A DNA stretch of 64,000 nt from positions 512,001-576,000 of the forward strand of contig CAVUMN010000004.1 of NCBI GenBank assembly GCA_963742735.1, read 5' to 3'. Below the pieces are notes generated by a model. That model saw only the letters and a program-made list of their open reading frames with translations. It was not told where the DNA came from and did no database searches. Positions 49,006-57,378 of the stretch are shown piece after piece. Source of the stretch: an uncultured Actinomycetes bacterium. GTDB lineage: Bacteria; Actinomycetota; UBA4738; JBBDTT01. The stretch's first letter is position 1; the number at the start of each line of letters is the position of its first letter. Position numbers and translations under genes: made by a program.

Positions 49006-49748
49006 GCCGGGGCGCCGGCCTCGGTCAGGCTGAAGGCGTCGCCCGCGCGATACGCGCGCTCCTCGTCGCCCGCCACGATCGTGATCGCGCCTCGGCCGAT
49101 CACCCGGAAGTGGTCGCCGTCGCCGACCATCGCGGTCTCCTCGTCGAGCAGAACGTGGAGGAAACCCGGGGTGAGGGCCTCCTTGACCAGCGTCTGGAGC
49201 CCGGGGATGTACTTGTCGAGCGCGTCCCAATGCGGTGCGAACTCCACGCCGGTGAAGTACGCCAGCCCGCCGCCGAAGACGTCGGGCCCGAAGTCCGGCC
49301 TCGCGGAGTCGGGGGCGTGCTCGCCCAGGAACGCCACGCCGGCGCTGCATCCGCCGAACGCGGTGCCCGCGCCGATCGCCTCCATGATGCCTCGCCACGC
49401 CGGCGTGTCCTGGAACGTCTCCACCAGGTACTTCGGATTCCCGCCCGAGAAGAACAGCAGCCCGGCGCCGGCGAAGAGCTCGGCCGTGTCCTCGCGCAGG
49501 GCGTCCTCGCGGGTCTTGATGATGACGACCTCGGGCTTCAGGCCCATGCGGGTGTAGTGGTCCATGCCCATGGTTGCCCAACGGTCGAAGACCGCGTCGC
49601 CCTCGGGAGCGCTCGCGGTGGGGAGGATCAGGACGCGGTCCGAGCCGGTGCGGGCGTGGTCGATCATCCAGCGGTCGACGTCCTCGGCCCACGGGAGGAA
49701 CTCTCCCGATCCCAACAGGCCGAACACCGGATGCTCGGACGTGCCCAC
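49002..49748 (-). CDS. Cyanophycinase/peptidase E (S51)-like protein
   Basis: LPTASAPEG, FFSGGNP, GCSAG, APHWD, DEETA. Confidence 0.85.
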   Translation of the reverse strand: MGTSEHPVFGLLGSGEFLPWAEDVDRWMIDHARTGSDRVLILPTASAPEGDAVFDRWATMGMDHYTRMGLKPEVVIIKTREDALREDTAELFAGAGLLFFSGGNPKYLVETFQDTPAWRGIMEAIGAGTAFGGCSAGVAFLGEHAPDSARPDFGPDVFGGGLAYFTGVEFAPHWDALDKYIPGLQTLVKEALTPGFLHVLLDEETAMVGDGDHFRVIGRGAITIVAGDEERAYRAGDAFSLTEAGAPA

Positions 49749-49819
49749 GATCCTCCTCTCAGCGTGGCGGGCAGTATGCCAGGTGGACTGTGCCCGCACG
49801 GGGCGGAGACAATGTCCGC

Positions 49820-50995
49820 ATGGCAGGCGGGCCGATCGCGGGGCTGATGGGCGAGCTGCTCATCGAGCTGCAGGAGCTCTTCGGCTTCCTCTTCTCCTCC
49901 AAGTTCGCGCAGAACCGCCACCTGCCGACGGCCAATGACTTCGTGTTCGGCAACCCGCACGAGATGCCGCTCGAGGAGATCGGCCGGGCCCTCGCCGCCG
50001 CGACCGTGCCCCAGAACGAGAGCTGGTACGCCTACAAGCTCAGCGAGGACGAGCCGCGCGAGGTCATCGCCGCGACGCTGCGGGCGTCCCATGGGCTCGC
50101 GTTCACGCCGTCGAACCTGCACATGACCAATGGGGCGTTCGGGGGGATCGCGCTCGCGCTGCGAGCGCTGGTCGACCCGGGCGACGAGGTCATCTACCAG
50201 CTGCCGCCGTGGTTCTTCTACCACCCGATGATCCGGTCGGTCGGGGGAGTGCCGGTCCCGGTGATGGTGCGGACGGACGACTGGGACCTGGACCTCGAGG
50301 CGATCGAGGCGGCCATCACGAAACGAACGCGGATGGTGATCCTGAACACGCCGAACAACCCGACGGGGCGGATCTACCCCGCGGAGACGCTGGCGAGCTT
50401 GGGGGAGATCCTGCGAGCGGCCAGTGACCGCAACGGCCGACCGGTGTACCTGCTGTCCGACGAAAGCTACAACCGGATCGTCTTCGAGCCGAACGTGTTC
50501 GAGACCCCGTTGCGGCATTACGAGCGCTCGTTGCTCGTCTACACCTACGGCAAGACGTTGCTGGCGCCGGGGCTGCGGATCGGATACCTGGCCCTGCCGC
50601 CGGGGGCTCCGGACGGGGATGCCATCGGCGGCGCGCTGATGATGGCCGCGACCACGAGCGGCTGGGCCTTCCCGGTGTCGCTCCTCCAGCAGGCACTACC
50701 GGATCTGGAGAAGCTTTCCATCGACCTGGGCGAGCTGCAGAAGAAGCGCGACCGGATGGTGAGCGAGTTGCGCGACGCCGGCTACGAGCTGCACGAGCCC
50801 GAAGGAACCTTCTACCTGCTCCCGAAGTGTCCCGGTGACGAGGACGAGTTCATCTACCGCCTCGCCGACCAGGAGGTCTACGTGCTGCCCGGGAAGCTCA
50901 TCGATCTGCCAGGGACCTTCCGAGTCTCCCTGACCGCAAACGACGAAATGATCGACCGAGCCCTCCCCATCTTCGCCTCCGCAGCCCGTCCGTAG
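49820..50995 (+). CDS. Class I/II PLP aminotransferase
   Basis: FGNP, NTPNNPTG, LSDESY, YTYGKTLLAPGLRIGY. Confidence 0.92.
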   Translation: MAGGPIAGLMGELLIELQELFGFLFSSKFAQNRHLPTANDFVFGNPHEMPLEEIGRALAAATVPQNESWYAYKLSEDEPREVIAATLRASHGLAFTPSNLHMTNGAFGGIALALRALVDPGDEVIYQLPPWFFYHPMIRSVGGVPVPVMVRTDDWDLDLEAIEAAITKRTRMVILNTPNNPTGRIYPAETLASLGEILRAASDRNGRPVYLLSDESYNRIVFEPNVFETPLRHYERSLLVYTYGKTLLAPGLRIGYLALPPGAPDGDAIGGALMMAATTSGWAFPVSLLQQALPDLEKLSIDLGELQKKRDRMVSELRDAGYELHEPEGTFYLLPKCPGDEDEFIYRLADQEVYVLPGKLIDLPGTFRVSLTANDEMIDRALPIFASAARP

Positions 50996-51083
50996 ACCCC
51001 CACCCGGGGCCACAAGGAACCCCCAACCGGAGGATTGACCCAAGCGAAGTCCCAGGCGCACCATTTGGGACAAGGAGCGCCTC

Positions 51084-52499
51084 ATGTCCGCAGATGTAGC
51101 AGCCATCTCATTCGAGCGTCCTCGCCGGGACGCTTCGTTCCAGTGGCTCACCATTGGACTGGCCGTACCTTTCATCGCGGCAGCGGTACCGCTAAACCTC
51201 CCCGCGTTCGCGGATTGGCGCCTCCTCGTATGGCTCGCGGTGATCGCAGGCGTCGAGCTCTTTCCTATCCCCACCCAGAGCGGCGCTCAGTTCTCCGTCA
51301 CGGATCCACTCACGATCGCTCTGGCGATCATCTATCCGTCCGGAGTGGTGTTGGTTCTGATGCTATTGGCATCGTTCGATCCACGGGAACTGAAGCGCGA
51401 AGTCTCCTTCAGACATGCCCTCTGGAATCGTGTGCAGTGTGCCGTGTGCGCCGCCGCCGGGGGGGTGGTCTTTCACTGGCTGGCAACGCCGGCGTCCTCG
51501 TGGGGGCGGTTGACCCTCGCAACGGTGGCGACGACGACCGTCTACAACGGGCTGAACCTGACGGCGGCAGGACTGGTGATCGGTCTCAGGGACCACCTTC
51601 CTATCTGGACGGCAATCCGCGGCCTTCTATTGGACTCTCCAGTTCAATCTGCTGCCAGGTACCTAAGCTTCGCGCTGATGGGCATGCCAATCGCTCGTCT
51701 GTATGCCCTGACAGAGGACGGCGTGTGGATCCTCGTAAGCTTCTCCGTCCCGCTTGTCATCGTGGCCCGAAGTTCCTATCTCCACATCCGCTCGGCACGT
51801 AAGGCCGCGGAGATTTCGCAGCAGCGGGCGGATCTCCTGCGCACAATCTCCGATCGAGCCGCGAAGGAACGCGTCGAGGAGCGGGTTCAGCTCGCTGGCC
51901 TCCTGCATGACGAGGCCATTCCCAACGTCGAGGGCATGAATTTGACCGCCAATATCGCTCTGGCGTCCTTGGACTCGGGTCGCGAGGCTGCCGCGCGCGT
52001 CGCCCTCGGAGAGATTCGAGAGGCGAGCCTTCGATCTGCCGCCGATCTCCGAAGCGTGGTGGGGGACCTGCGCCGCTCACCCCTGGATGGAAAGTCTCTC
52101 TCGCAGGCGCTCGGGGAACTGGACAGCACTTGGCCCTCGGGTCCGCCAGTGCTCGTCGATGCCGAGGCAGGGGCAGACATACCCGCTGCCGCCGAGGTTC
52201 TGCTTTACCAGATCGCGAGGGAGGCGGTGACCAACGCCGTCAACCACTCCCGTGGGAGTCGGGTACATGTCCGCCTGAAGGCCAACAACGGTGTACTCGA
52301 ACTCGCCGTATGCGACGACGGAGTCGGGTTTGACGCCTCTGTGGATCGTCCGGGGCATTTTGGGTTGGCTCTCATGCGTGAGCGGGTGGACGCGCTCGCG
52401 GGCGAGCTCAGGATCGAGCCCTCGCCAAGTGGGGGAACGTCAGTCCGCGTCTGGATCCCCGACCGATGGGAGCAAGAAGAAAGCCCGGCACCCGTCTAG
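51084..52499 (+). CDS. Membrane sensor histidine kinase (HisKA_3/NarX-type), paralog 1
   Basis: Multi-TM N-domain, ERVQLAGLLHDE, EAVTNAVNHS, DDGVGFD, GHFGLALMRER. Confidence 0.92.
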   Translation: MSADVAAISFERPRRDASFQWLTIGLAVPFIAAAVPLNLPAFADWRLLVWLAVIAGVELFPIPTQSGAQFSVTDPLTIALAIIYPSGVVLVLMLLASFDPRELKREVSFRHALWNRVQCAVCAAAGGVVFHWLATPASSWGRLTLATVATTTVYNGLNLTAAGLVIGLRDHLPIWTAIRGLLLDSPVQSAARYLSFALMGMPIARLYALTEDGVWILVSFSVPLVIVARSSYLHIRSARKAAEISQQRADLLRTISDRAAKERVEERVQLAGLLHDEAIPNVEGMNLTANIALASLDSGREAAARVALGEIREASLRSAADLRSVVGDLRRSPLDGKSLSQALGELDSTWPSGPPVLVDAEAGADIPAAAEVLLYQIAREAVTNAVNHSRGSRVHVRLKANNGVLELAVCDDGVGFDASVDRPGHFGLALMRERVDALAGELRIEPSPSGGTSVRVWIPDRWEQEESPAPV

Positions 52500-52539
52500 C
52501 TATCACGGATGCCGGGCGTTGATGCTTGCGTCTTGACTG

Positions 52540-52632
52540 CTAATGCTTGTGGGCCGCGCCGGACGCGAGAACGAGCGTGAGCAGGCTGCCGATCAAAGTT
52601 GCTACGCGGACGAACTTGGTCTTGATGCTCAA
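52540..52632 (-). CDS. 30-aa signal-peptide-like small protein, putative peptide-signal precursor (MSIKTKFVRVATLIGSLLTLVLASGAAHKH)
   Basis: TTG start 5 nt after a perfect AAGGAGGT SD, TAG stop, n/h/c-region architecture, upstream sigma70-like promoter. Too short for the ORF track. Confidence 0.75.
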   Translation of the reverse strand: MSIKTKFVRVATLIGSLLTLVLASGAAHKH

Positions 52633-52633
52633 C

Positions 52634-52665
52634 TCGCACCTCCTTCGGGGCTATGGGAGGTGCGA
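52634..52665 (-). promoter_or_regulatory. 10-bp perfect inverted repeat that sequesters the SD of the peptide gene
   Basis: TCGCACCTCC(52634-43) / GGAGGTGCGA(52656-65). Confidence 0.65.
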
Positions 52666-52720
52666 CGTGTCTCAGGGGCACCTGGGGCGCCACGCCTCCA
52701 CTTGGAGCTATCAGTTCGTG

Positions 52721-52749
52721 ACGATAAGTGACTATCCCTTTCATGTAAA
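52721..52749 (-). promoter_or_regulatory. Sigma70-type promoter for the peptide gene
   Basis: Minus strand TTTACA-17 nt-TATCGT. Confidence 0.6.
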
Positions 52750-52821
52750 CACCCGTCGTTTGGCCTACACCGGATGCAGTAGGGGTTGACCTCCGGAGAG
52801 ACCTCGACCAGGATTCCTTCT

Positions 52822-54273
52822 ATGGCGCTCCAGTCTGCCCGCCGTACCACGTTTCCGCGGGCCCATTCCCGGCTATCTGCCTTTCATCTAGCGGTTTCGG
52901 TACCGGTTCTCGTACTGCTGACCTATACAGCCGCGGGCCGGGATTGGTCTGCGGACGATCTCCACCTCCTCTTCTGGGTCGCGGTGGTAGCAGCCGCCGA
53001 GCTCTTGCCGGTGCCTGGGTGGGGGGGCACACAACTAACGATCTCCCTGCCCCTATTCATTGCGGTTGTGCTCCTGTTTCCTGCGGAGATGGCCGCACTG
53101 GTGATCTTTGTCGGAAGTTGGGATCCCAGGGAATTCCGCCGCGAGGTCTCGGCTTTGAAGGCGATCTTCAATCGGTCTCAGTCCGCGATGTCCATCCTCG
53201 TGGCCGGCCACGTTTTCCATGCCCTGGCGAATATTCAGTCCGACTGGTGGGTGTTGCTAGCGGGTGCCGCCGCGGCAACCCTGGTCTTCGAGCTGCTGAA
53301 TGCCACTTTCGTTGCGATTGCTGTGAGTCTGGACAGGCGGATCTCTATCTGGTCCGTGTACGCCGACTTGGCTGGCGGGAGTCTGACTGAATTCCTTTTC
53401 TTCTATGTCGGCCTCGGGTTGCTCGGCATTCCTCTCGCCCGCCTCTACGTTGAGATTCCGTTTGGCGAATGGGCAGTCGTCTTCTTCCTGTTCCCGCTAC
53501 TGCTCGCCCAGCAGATGTTCTCGCGAACCCAGGCACTAACCAGCGTGACTAGCGAGCTCAAGGAGCGGGAGAAGGTTCTTTCTGCGCTGTCCAGTCGGAT
53601 GGCTGAGGAGCGGTACGACGAGCGCAAGCAGATCGCCGGATACCTGCACGACGACTTGGCTCAGATGCTGTTCCGCCTTGGGCTGCAGGCCGACTCGGCC
53701 CGGAGCCAGATCGAGCGGGGGCAGCCTGAGAAGGCCGTGGAGTCGCTCGATAACGTCGAGGCCATCAAGGACGACTCGATCAAGCTCGTCCGAGGCCTAA
53801 TCCAGGACCTCGATCGCTCGCCTCTGGGCCGCGCGGGGTTGGCTACTGCGCTTACGACCCTCGCCGGCGATCTATCGAAGGATGGACGGATCCGCTTCCA
53901 CCTCGATGTCGCGGACATTGAGCTTCCCTCGCCGATCCAGCTGCTCGCGTATCAGATCGCGCGCGAGGCGGCGCAGAACGCGGTGAAGCACGCCGAGCCC
54001 GTGAACGTCTGGATCTCGCTTCAGGACGAGAGTGGGGAGCCTGTCCTCCGGGTGCGCGACGACGGCACCGGGTTCGACCCGGCTGCGCCCTCGCCGGAAG
54101 GGCACTTCGGGCTCTCGATCATGCGCGAGCGGGCCGACCTCGCCGGCGCCTCACTCGGGCTGGACTCGGTTCAGGCGCAGGGCACCGAGGTCAAGGTGGT
54201 GTTCCATCGGACGTGGGTGCCGAGCTCGGACGGTCAGTCCCCCGCCCCAGCCGATCGCCAGTCCGCATCCTGA
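52822..54273 (+). CDS. Membrane sensor histidine kinase (HisKA_3/NarX-type), paralog 2
   Basis: Multi-TM N-domain, ERKQIAGYLHDD, EAAQNAVKHA, DDGTGFD, GHFGLSIMRER. The start may be TTG 52786. Confidence 0.92.
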   Translation: MALQSARRTTFPRAHSRLSAFHLAVSVPVLVLLTYTAAGRDWSADDLHLLFWVAVVAAAELLPVPGWGGTQLTISLPLFIAVVLLFPAEMAALVIFVGSWDPREFRREVSALKAIFNRSQSAMSILVAGHVFHALANIQSDWWVLLAGAAAATLVFELLNATFVAIAVSLDRRISIWSVYADLAGGSLTEFLFFYVGLGLLGIPLARLYVEIPFGEWAVVFFLFPLLLAQQMFSRTQALTSVTSELKEREKVLSALSSRMAEERYDERKQIAGYLHDDLAQMLFRLGLQADSARSQIERGQPEKAVESLDNVEAIKDDSIKLVRGLIQDLDRSPLGRAGLATALTTLAGDLSKDGRIRFHLDVADIELPSPIQLLAYQIAREAAQNAVKHAEPVNVWISLQDESGEPVLRVRDDGTGFDPAAPSPEGHFGLSIMRERADLAGASLGLDSVQAQGTEVKVVFHRTWVPSSDGQSPAPADRQSAS

Positions 54274-54781
54274 CCACCAGCAGCATCCCGACGCCCGCGT
54301 ACAGCACCACGTCGCCCACGCTGACGGCCAGGTGGATCGGGTTTGGGATCGGGACCACGTCGCCCAGGAATCTCAGGTGGTCCTCACGCGTTGCCAGGTG
54401 GTGCTTCTGTCCCGGCGCCAGCCGAAGCTCGTCGAGAACCTCCTCCTGGTCGGAGTTGATGAGCGCCTCAGCGCTCACCGGCATGCCCCAGTTCGCCGCG
54501 ATCACCACGAAGTTGAGCAGCACGCCCACGACGATGAGGGGCAGGCCTGGCTGCCGCAGGTTCGCCATGGCGAACGCGAGCAACAGCACGAACGAGAGCA
54601 GCAACATCGCGATCGGAAGGTCGCGGCCCCACGACTCCGGATAGGGAAGCACCTGCAGCCCGTAGCCAACGAGTGCCAGGCCCCAGTACCGCAGCTTCAG
54701 CTCCGCCAGGTTCTTGAAGCGGCCTCCCACCAGGAGCCCCAGCCCGAACGAGACGGCGAGCAACAGGAGAACGAGGCGCAC
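54191..54781 (-). CDS. DUF5317-like membrane protein
   Basis: GGRFKNL..L.LR, NLRQPG, G..LN..VI.AN.GMPVS, FLGDVVP, SVGDV. TACACT 6 nt before GTG (leaderless). Confidence 0.8.
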   Translation of the reverse strand: MRLVLLLLAVSFGLGLLVGGRFKNLAELKLRYWGLALVGYGLQVLPYPESWGRDLPIAMLLLSFVLLLAFAMANLRQPGLPLIVVGVLLNFVVIAANWGMPVSAEALINSDQEEVLDELRLAPGQKHHLATREDHLRFLGDVVPIPNPIHLAVSVGDVVLYAGVGMLLVVRMRTGDRLGRGTDRPSSAPTSDGTPP

Positions 54782-54853
54782 GCCCGGAGTGTAGGGGCCG
54801 TCGGCGGAGGGAACCATAGCTGCGCAACGACGCAAGCAAAGGGAGGGCGCGAC

Positions 54854-55114
54854 ATGGGCTGGATCGCTTGGATTTTGATCGGTTTGGTCGCCGGGCTCAT
54901 CGCCCGCGCGGTGGTTCCCGGGCGCAACAAGCTCGGGATCGGAGGAACGTTGGTCCTCGGGCTGATCGGCTCGGTCGTCGGCGGGTTCCTCGGCGACCTG
55001 CTGACCGAGGGGAATCAGGACTTCAGCCCGGCGGGCCTGCTCGGCTCGATCGTGGGCGCGATCATCGCCTTGCTCGTCTACCGCTCGATGTCGGGACGCA
55101 GCCGCGTCGCCTGA
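54854..55114 (+). CDS. GlsB/YeaQ/YmgE stress membrane protein
   Basis: WILIGLVAGLIAR..PG, GLIGSVVGG, GSIVGAII.L. Confidence 0.9.
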   Translation: MGWIAWILIGLVAGLIARAVVPGRNKLGIGGTLVLGLIGSVVGGFLGDLLTEGNQDFSPAGLLGSIVGAIIALLVYRSMSGRSRVA

Positions 55115-55151
55115 CCGACAGCCCACACGAAACGGAGGGCGGCCCCGACCG

Positions 55152-55427
55152 ATGAGCTTCGTCGACGACCTGGCGGAAACGGTGTACGACGCCGTTGAGG
55201 ACGTGAAGGCCTACCTCGGGTCACCCGAGGGCCGCGAGCTGCGGCGTAAGACCGCGGCGGGCCTGATGCTCGCGGCGCCCGTCATCGCCAGACTCCCCGC
55301 CATCCGGGCCACCAAGCTCGGAAAGGTCGTCGGGTTCGCCGGCGGAGCCGCCCTCATCGTCAAGGCCGCGGAGATGATCCGCGACTGGGAACCCACGTCG
55401 CCCGTTCCGCTCGGCACCGAAGCCTGA
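55152..55427 (+). CDS. Hypothetical protein
   Basis: 91-aa ORF with RBS and normal codon use. Confidence 0.65.
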   Translation: MSFVDDLAETVYDAVEDVKAYLGSPEGRELRRKTAAGLMLAAPVIARLPAIRATKLGKVVGFAGGAALIVKAAEMIRDWEPTSPVPLGTEA

Positions 55428-55448
55428 CGTCGCGCTAGGGTCGGGGGG

Positions 55449-57371
55449 ATGCCCGACAATATCGTCCACAAGGTCCTTCGCGAACATCTGGTGAGCGGCG
55501 ATCTCGTCGCCGGCGAACCGATCACGTACCGCATCGACCAGGTCCTGCTCCAGGACGCGACCGGCACCATGGCCTGGATGGAGTTCGAGCAGCTGGAGGT
55601 CGACCGCGTCGTCCCGCGTGTCCTGCAGTACGTCGACCACAACATGATCCAGCTCGACTACCGCAACCCCGAGGACCACTTCTTTCTCCAGACCATGGCC
55701 GCCCGCCACGGCGCGACCTACTCCCGCCCCGGAAACGGCATCTGCCACTACGTGCACCTCGAGCGCTTCGCCGCGCCCTACGCGACGCTCGTCGGCGCCG
55801 ACTCCCACACCACCACCGCCGGCGCCCTCGGCTCGTTCGCGCTGGGGATCGGAGGCATGGACGCCGCCGTCGCGATGGCCGGGCACCCGTTCGAGCTGGA
55901 GTGCCCGGCCGTCGTCCGGGTCGTCCTGGAGCGCGAGCTCTCGCCGTGGGTGTCGGCGAAGGACGTCATCCTGGAGATGCTTCGCCGGCTCACGGTGAAG
56001 GGCGGGATCAACAAGGCGTTCGCGTTCGACGGGCCCGGGGTCGCGACCCTCGATGCCGCGGAGCGAGCCACGATCTGCAACATGATCCTGGAGCTCGGCG
56101 CGACGGCCGGCATCTTCCCCGGCGACGAGCAATGCCGGCGCTGGCTCGAGTCCCAGGAGCGGCCGGGCGACTTCCGCGAGCTCCTTCCGGACGAGGGTTG
56201 CACCTACGACGAGGTGATGGTCATCGACCTGGCGGAGCTGGAGCCCCTCATCGCCCTGCCTTCCAACCCCGACAACGTCGTTCCCGTGCGCGAGGTCGCC
56301 GGCACCGAGGTCGCCCAGGTCTGCGTCGGCTCCAGCGTGAACTCGGGCTACGAGGACCTCGCCATCCCCGCCGCGATCGTGAAGCAGGCGGTGGTGGCGC
56401 CGAACCTGGACATGACCGTGTCGCCCGGCTCGCGGCAGATCCTCCGCGCGATCACCGACAGCGGCGTCCTGGCCGACTACATCGTGTCCGGCGCGCGGCT
56501 GCTCGAGCCGGCGTGCGGGCCGTGCGTCGGCATGGGCCAGGCGCCGCCCGAGAAGGCTCCCTCGGTCCGGACGATGAACCGGAACTTCCCCGGCCGCAGC
56601 GGGACCGCCGACGACCGGGTCTATCTGACCTCGCCGGCCGTGGCGGGGGCGACCGCGTTGCGGGGCGTGATCACCGACCCCCGCGACCTGGGCATGGACC
56701 CGCCGAACGTCGAAGCGCCGGCGCCGATCGTCGACGACGGCCTGCTGATCCTCCCGCCCCCGCCCGACGAGGCCGTGAAGGTGAGGATCTTCCGCGGCCG
56801 GAACATCCAGCCGCCGCCGGTGCCGCCCGACCTGCCCGAGTCCCTCGAGGGCCGCGTCCTGATCGTCCTGGGCGACAACATCTCGACCGGCCTGATGTCC
56901 CCCGACGGCGTGATCGTGATGGCCGAGCGCTCCAACATCCCCGCCATCTCGGAGTACTGCTTCCGCAACGTGGACCCGGAGTTCGTCCCGCGCGCGAAGG
57001 AATGGGGCGGCGGGTTCATCGTGGCCGGCGACGGCTACGGCCAGGGCTCCTCGCGAGAGCACGCCGCCCTCGCGCCGCTCCAGCTCGGCGTGCGGGCGGT
57101 GTTCGCCAAGGGCTTCCATCGGATCCACTTCCGGAACCTGATCAACAACGGGATCGTCCCCGTGCTGATCGACGACACGGTCCACGCCGCCGCCGTCCTG
57201 GGCGACGTGTGGCGCCTCCCCGCCATCCGCGCCGAGATCGAGAGCGGAAGCGAGTCGTTCACGCTCGAGATCGGCGACCGCGCGTTTGCCGTCGCCGGCG
57301 ATCTCAACGCCCACGAGCGGAAGCTGCTGCTCGCCGGGGGACTTCTGCGCTACTTGAAGTCGCTCCGCTGA
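55449..57371 (+). CDS. Aconitase-family hydratase (single-chain, 640 aa)
   Basis: QDATG, YVDHN, GNGICH, GADSHT, CGPCVGMG, RNFPGRSG, GQGSSREHA. Confidence 0.9.
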   Translation: MPDNIVHKVLREHLVSGDLVAGEPITYRIDQVLLQDATGTMAWMEFEQLEVDRVVPRVLQYVDHNMIQLDYRNPEDHFFLQTMAARHGATYSRPGNGICHYVHLERFAAPYATLVGADSHTTTAGALGSFALGIGGMDAAVAMAGHPFELECPAVVRVVLERELSPWVSAKDVILEMLRRLTVKGGINKAFAFDGPGVATLDAAERATICNMILELGATAGIFPGDEQCRRWLESQERPGDFRELLPDEGCTYDEVMVIDLAELEPLIALPSNPDNVVPVREVAGTEVAQVCVGSSVNSGYEDLAIPAAIVKQAVVAPNLDMTVSPGSRQILRAITDSGVLADYIVSGARLLEPACGPCVGMGQAPPEKAPSVRTMNRNFPGRSGTADDRVYLTSPAVAGATALRGVITDPRDLGMDPPNVEAPAPIVDDGLLILPPPPDEAVKVRIFRGRNIQPPPVPPDLPESLEGRVLIVLGDNISTGLMSPDGVIVMAERSNIPAISEYCFRNVDPEFVPRAKEWGGGFIVAGDGYGQGSSREHAALAPLQLGVRAVFAKGFHRIHFRNLINNGIVPVLIDDTVHAAAVLGDVWRLPAIRAEIESGSESFTLEIGDRAFAVAGDLNAHERKLLLAGGLLRYLKSLR

Positions 57372-57378
57372 GGGAGTC

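Noticed and set aside
52667-52789. Plus-strand 40-aa ORF (VSQGHLGRH...CSRG) with a GGAGGT SD, ending over TTG 52786 of kinase 2
   Set aside because: Its SD is simply the mirror arm of the 10-bp inverted repeat. It runs antisense through the peptide promoter and has no recognisable features. It cannot be fully excluded as a leader ORF.
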